Source: Bacillus subtilis subsp. subtilis str. 168 (lineage in GTDB: Bacteria; Bacillota; Bacilli; Bacillales; Bacillaceae). From it: a stretch of DNA of 32,000 nt. Below the pieces are notes generated by a model, which saw only the letters and a list, made by a program, of their open reading frames with translations, was not told the DNA's origin and did not search any database. The translations under genes were made by a program, and so were the position numbers. The DNA lies in NCBI RefSeq assembly GCF_000009045.1, contig NC_000964.3, positions 2,280,001-2,312,000 of the forward strand, written 5' to 3'. Shown one piece after another: positions 30,988 to 32,000 of the stretch (the first letter of the stretch is position 1; the number at the start of each line of letters is the position of its first letter).

Positions 30988-31016
30988 AGAGGATCTAAAC
31001 GATCTCTCTAGCGTTC
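30980..31016. terminator. Hairpin overlapping the sspL stop codon, between convergent sspL and ypcP
   Basis: AACGCTAGAGAG...CTCTCTAGCGTT. Confidence 0.75.
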
Positions 31017-31888
31017 AGCTTTTCAAGCATACGCTCAATTCCTTTAATTTGGTGGCGGCGAAGCATGTCAGCCGCCTGCTCCATTTGCAAAGTAAATAAA
31101 GCGTCTTTCAGTGTGCAGGCCAGCGGCACTGAGCAATGGATTTCCGCAAGCTTCCTCGACATCTCCAAATCGCTTAAACCTTGCTGAATTTTTCCCTGCT
31201 GTCCTTTTGGAAGAAGAGAAAGATTTTCCAATAAACGGTCAATCGTTTCGTATTCACGAATCAGTTTGTAGGCTGTTTTTTCTCCAATGCCTTTGACTCC
31301 GGGATAGTTATCACTGGAATCACCCATAAGCGCTTTAATATCAATCAAAGCCTTCGGCATTACGCCTGTTTCTTCATAAAAAGTCTCTTTTGTATAGACT
31401 TTATAATTTCCGATTCCTTTTTGAAGCAAAGCAACGCTTACTTTATCCGTTAACAGCTGAAGTAAATCTCTGTCCCCTGTTACCACCGTAATGTCCGCTT
31501 CATTCGCAAATAAATCGGCAAGAGTACCGATACAGTCATCCGCTTCATAGCCGGCAAAGCCAATATTCATGATTCCAAGCTCTGCGGCTGCTTCCTTTGC
31601 CAAATCAAACTGCGGAATCAGCTCCACAGGCGGCGCGCTGCGGTTGGCCTTATAATCTTGGAACAAGTCATTTCGGTACGTTTTGCTCCCCATGTCCCAG
31701 CAGCAGACGACGTGTGTCGGCTGGAATGTTTCCACAGCTGTAATCAAATGCTTTAAAAAGCCGTTGACGCCGTTCGTCGGCACCCCGCTGTCATTTATCA
31801 TAAAGTTGCGATGTACGGCCGTGGCAAAAAAGGCCCGGAATAAAAGAGCCATGCCGTCAACCAGCAATAGTTTATTATTATTCATCAA
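30995..31888 (-). CDS. ypcP: 5'-3' exonuclease (PolI N-domain-like)
   Basis: LLLVDGMALLFRAFFAT, CCWDMGSKTYR, EADDCIGTLA, VTGDRDLLQL, GDSSDNYPGVKGIGEKTA. Confidence 0.93.
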   Translation of the reverse strand: MMNNNKLLLVDGMALLFRAFFATAVHRNFMINDSGVPTNGVNGFLKHLITAVETFQPTHVVCCWDMGSKTYRNDLFQDYKANRSAPPVELIPQFDLAKEAAAELGIMNIGFAGYEADDCIGTLADLFANEADITVVTGDRDLLQLLTDKVSVALLQKGIGNYKVYTKETFYEETGVMPKALIDIKALMGDSSDNYPGVKGIGEKTAYKLIREYETIDRLLENLSLLPKGQQGKIQQGLSDLEMSRKLAEIHCSVPLACTLKDALFTLQMEQAADMLRRHQIKGIERMLEKLNAREIV

Positions 31889-31944
31889 ATAACTCCCTTT
31901 TCTTTCATTCCTTCTATTTTATCATAAAGCAGCCCAAAAATAAA

Positions 31945-31976
31945 AAACAGTATCTCTTTAATTAGAGATACTGTTT
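31945..31976 (-). terminator. Terminator hairpin upstream of ypcP
   Basis: AAACAGTATCTCT...AGAGATACTGTTT. Confidence 0.75.
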
Positions 31977-32000
31977 GAATATTTATCAATCGTTGTGTCT

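Overview
The window matches a Bacillus subtilis-type chromosome across the spsM/ypqP end of an integrated SPbeta-like prophage. All gene names come from recall of protein sequence and gene order; no search was run. Bases 1 to ~6432 are prophage: yokF nuclease lipoprotein, yokE, yokD acetyltransferase-like, an unlisted 51-aa Cys-rich ORF, yokC, yokB lipoprotein, and the large serine recombinase sprA/yokA. A 16-bp att core, ACAGATAAAGCTGTAT (6433-6448), sits exactly at the junction. It encodes T-D-K-A-V of the conserved STDKAV..N.MGATK epimerase motif of the disrupted spsM, whose 3' fragment follows. The rest is ordinary core chromosome: msrB, msrA, ypoP, ypnP, ypmT, ypmS, ypmR, ypmQ, ypmP, ilvA, yplP, yplQ, ypkP, dfrA, thyB, ypjQ, ypjP, ypiP, brxB, ilvD, ypgR, ypgQ, bsaA, metA, ugtP, cspD, degR, ypzA, ypeQ, ypeP, ypdP, ypdQ, sspL, ypcP. 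I found no clearly new multi-gene system. The best leads are the recombination-gated spsM junction (known biology in this lineage), two small ORFs with strong RBSs missing from the ORF track (51 aa Cys-rich; 24 aa membrane), a possible leader peptide before yokD, a 12-bp-arm palindrome between yokC and yokB, and a sigma-54-activator-like AAA+ protein (YplP) lacking a recognisable GAFTGA loop.
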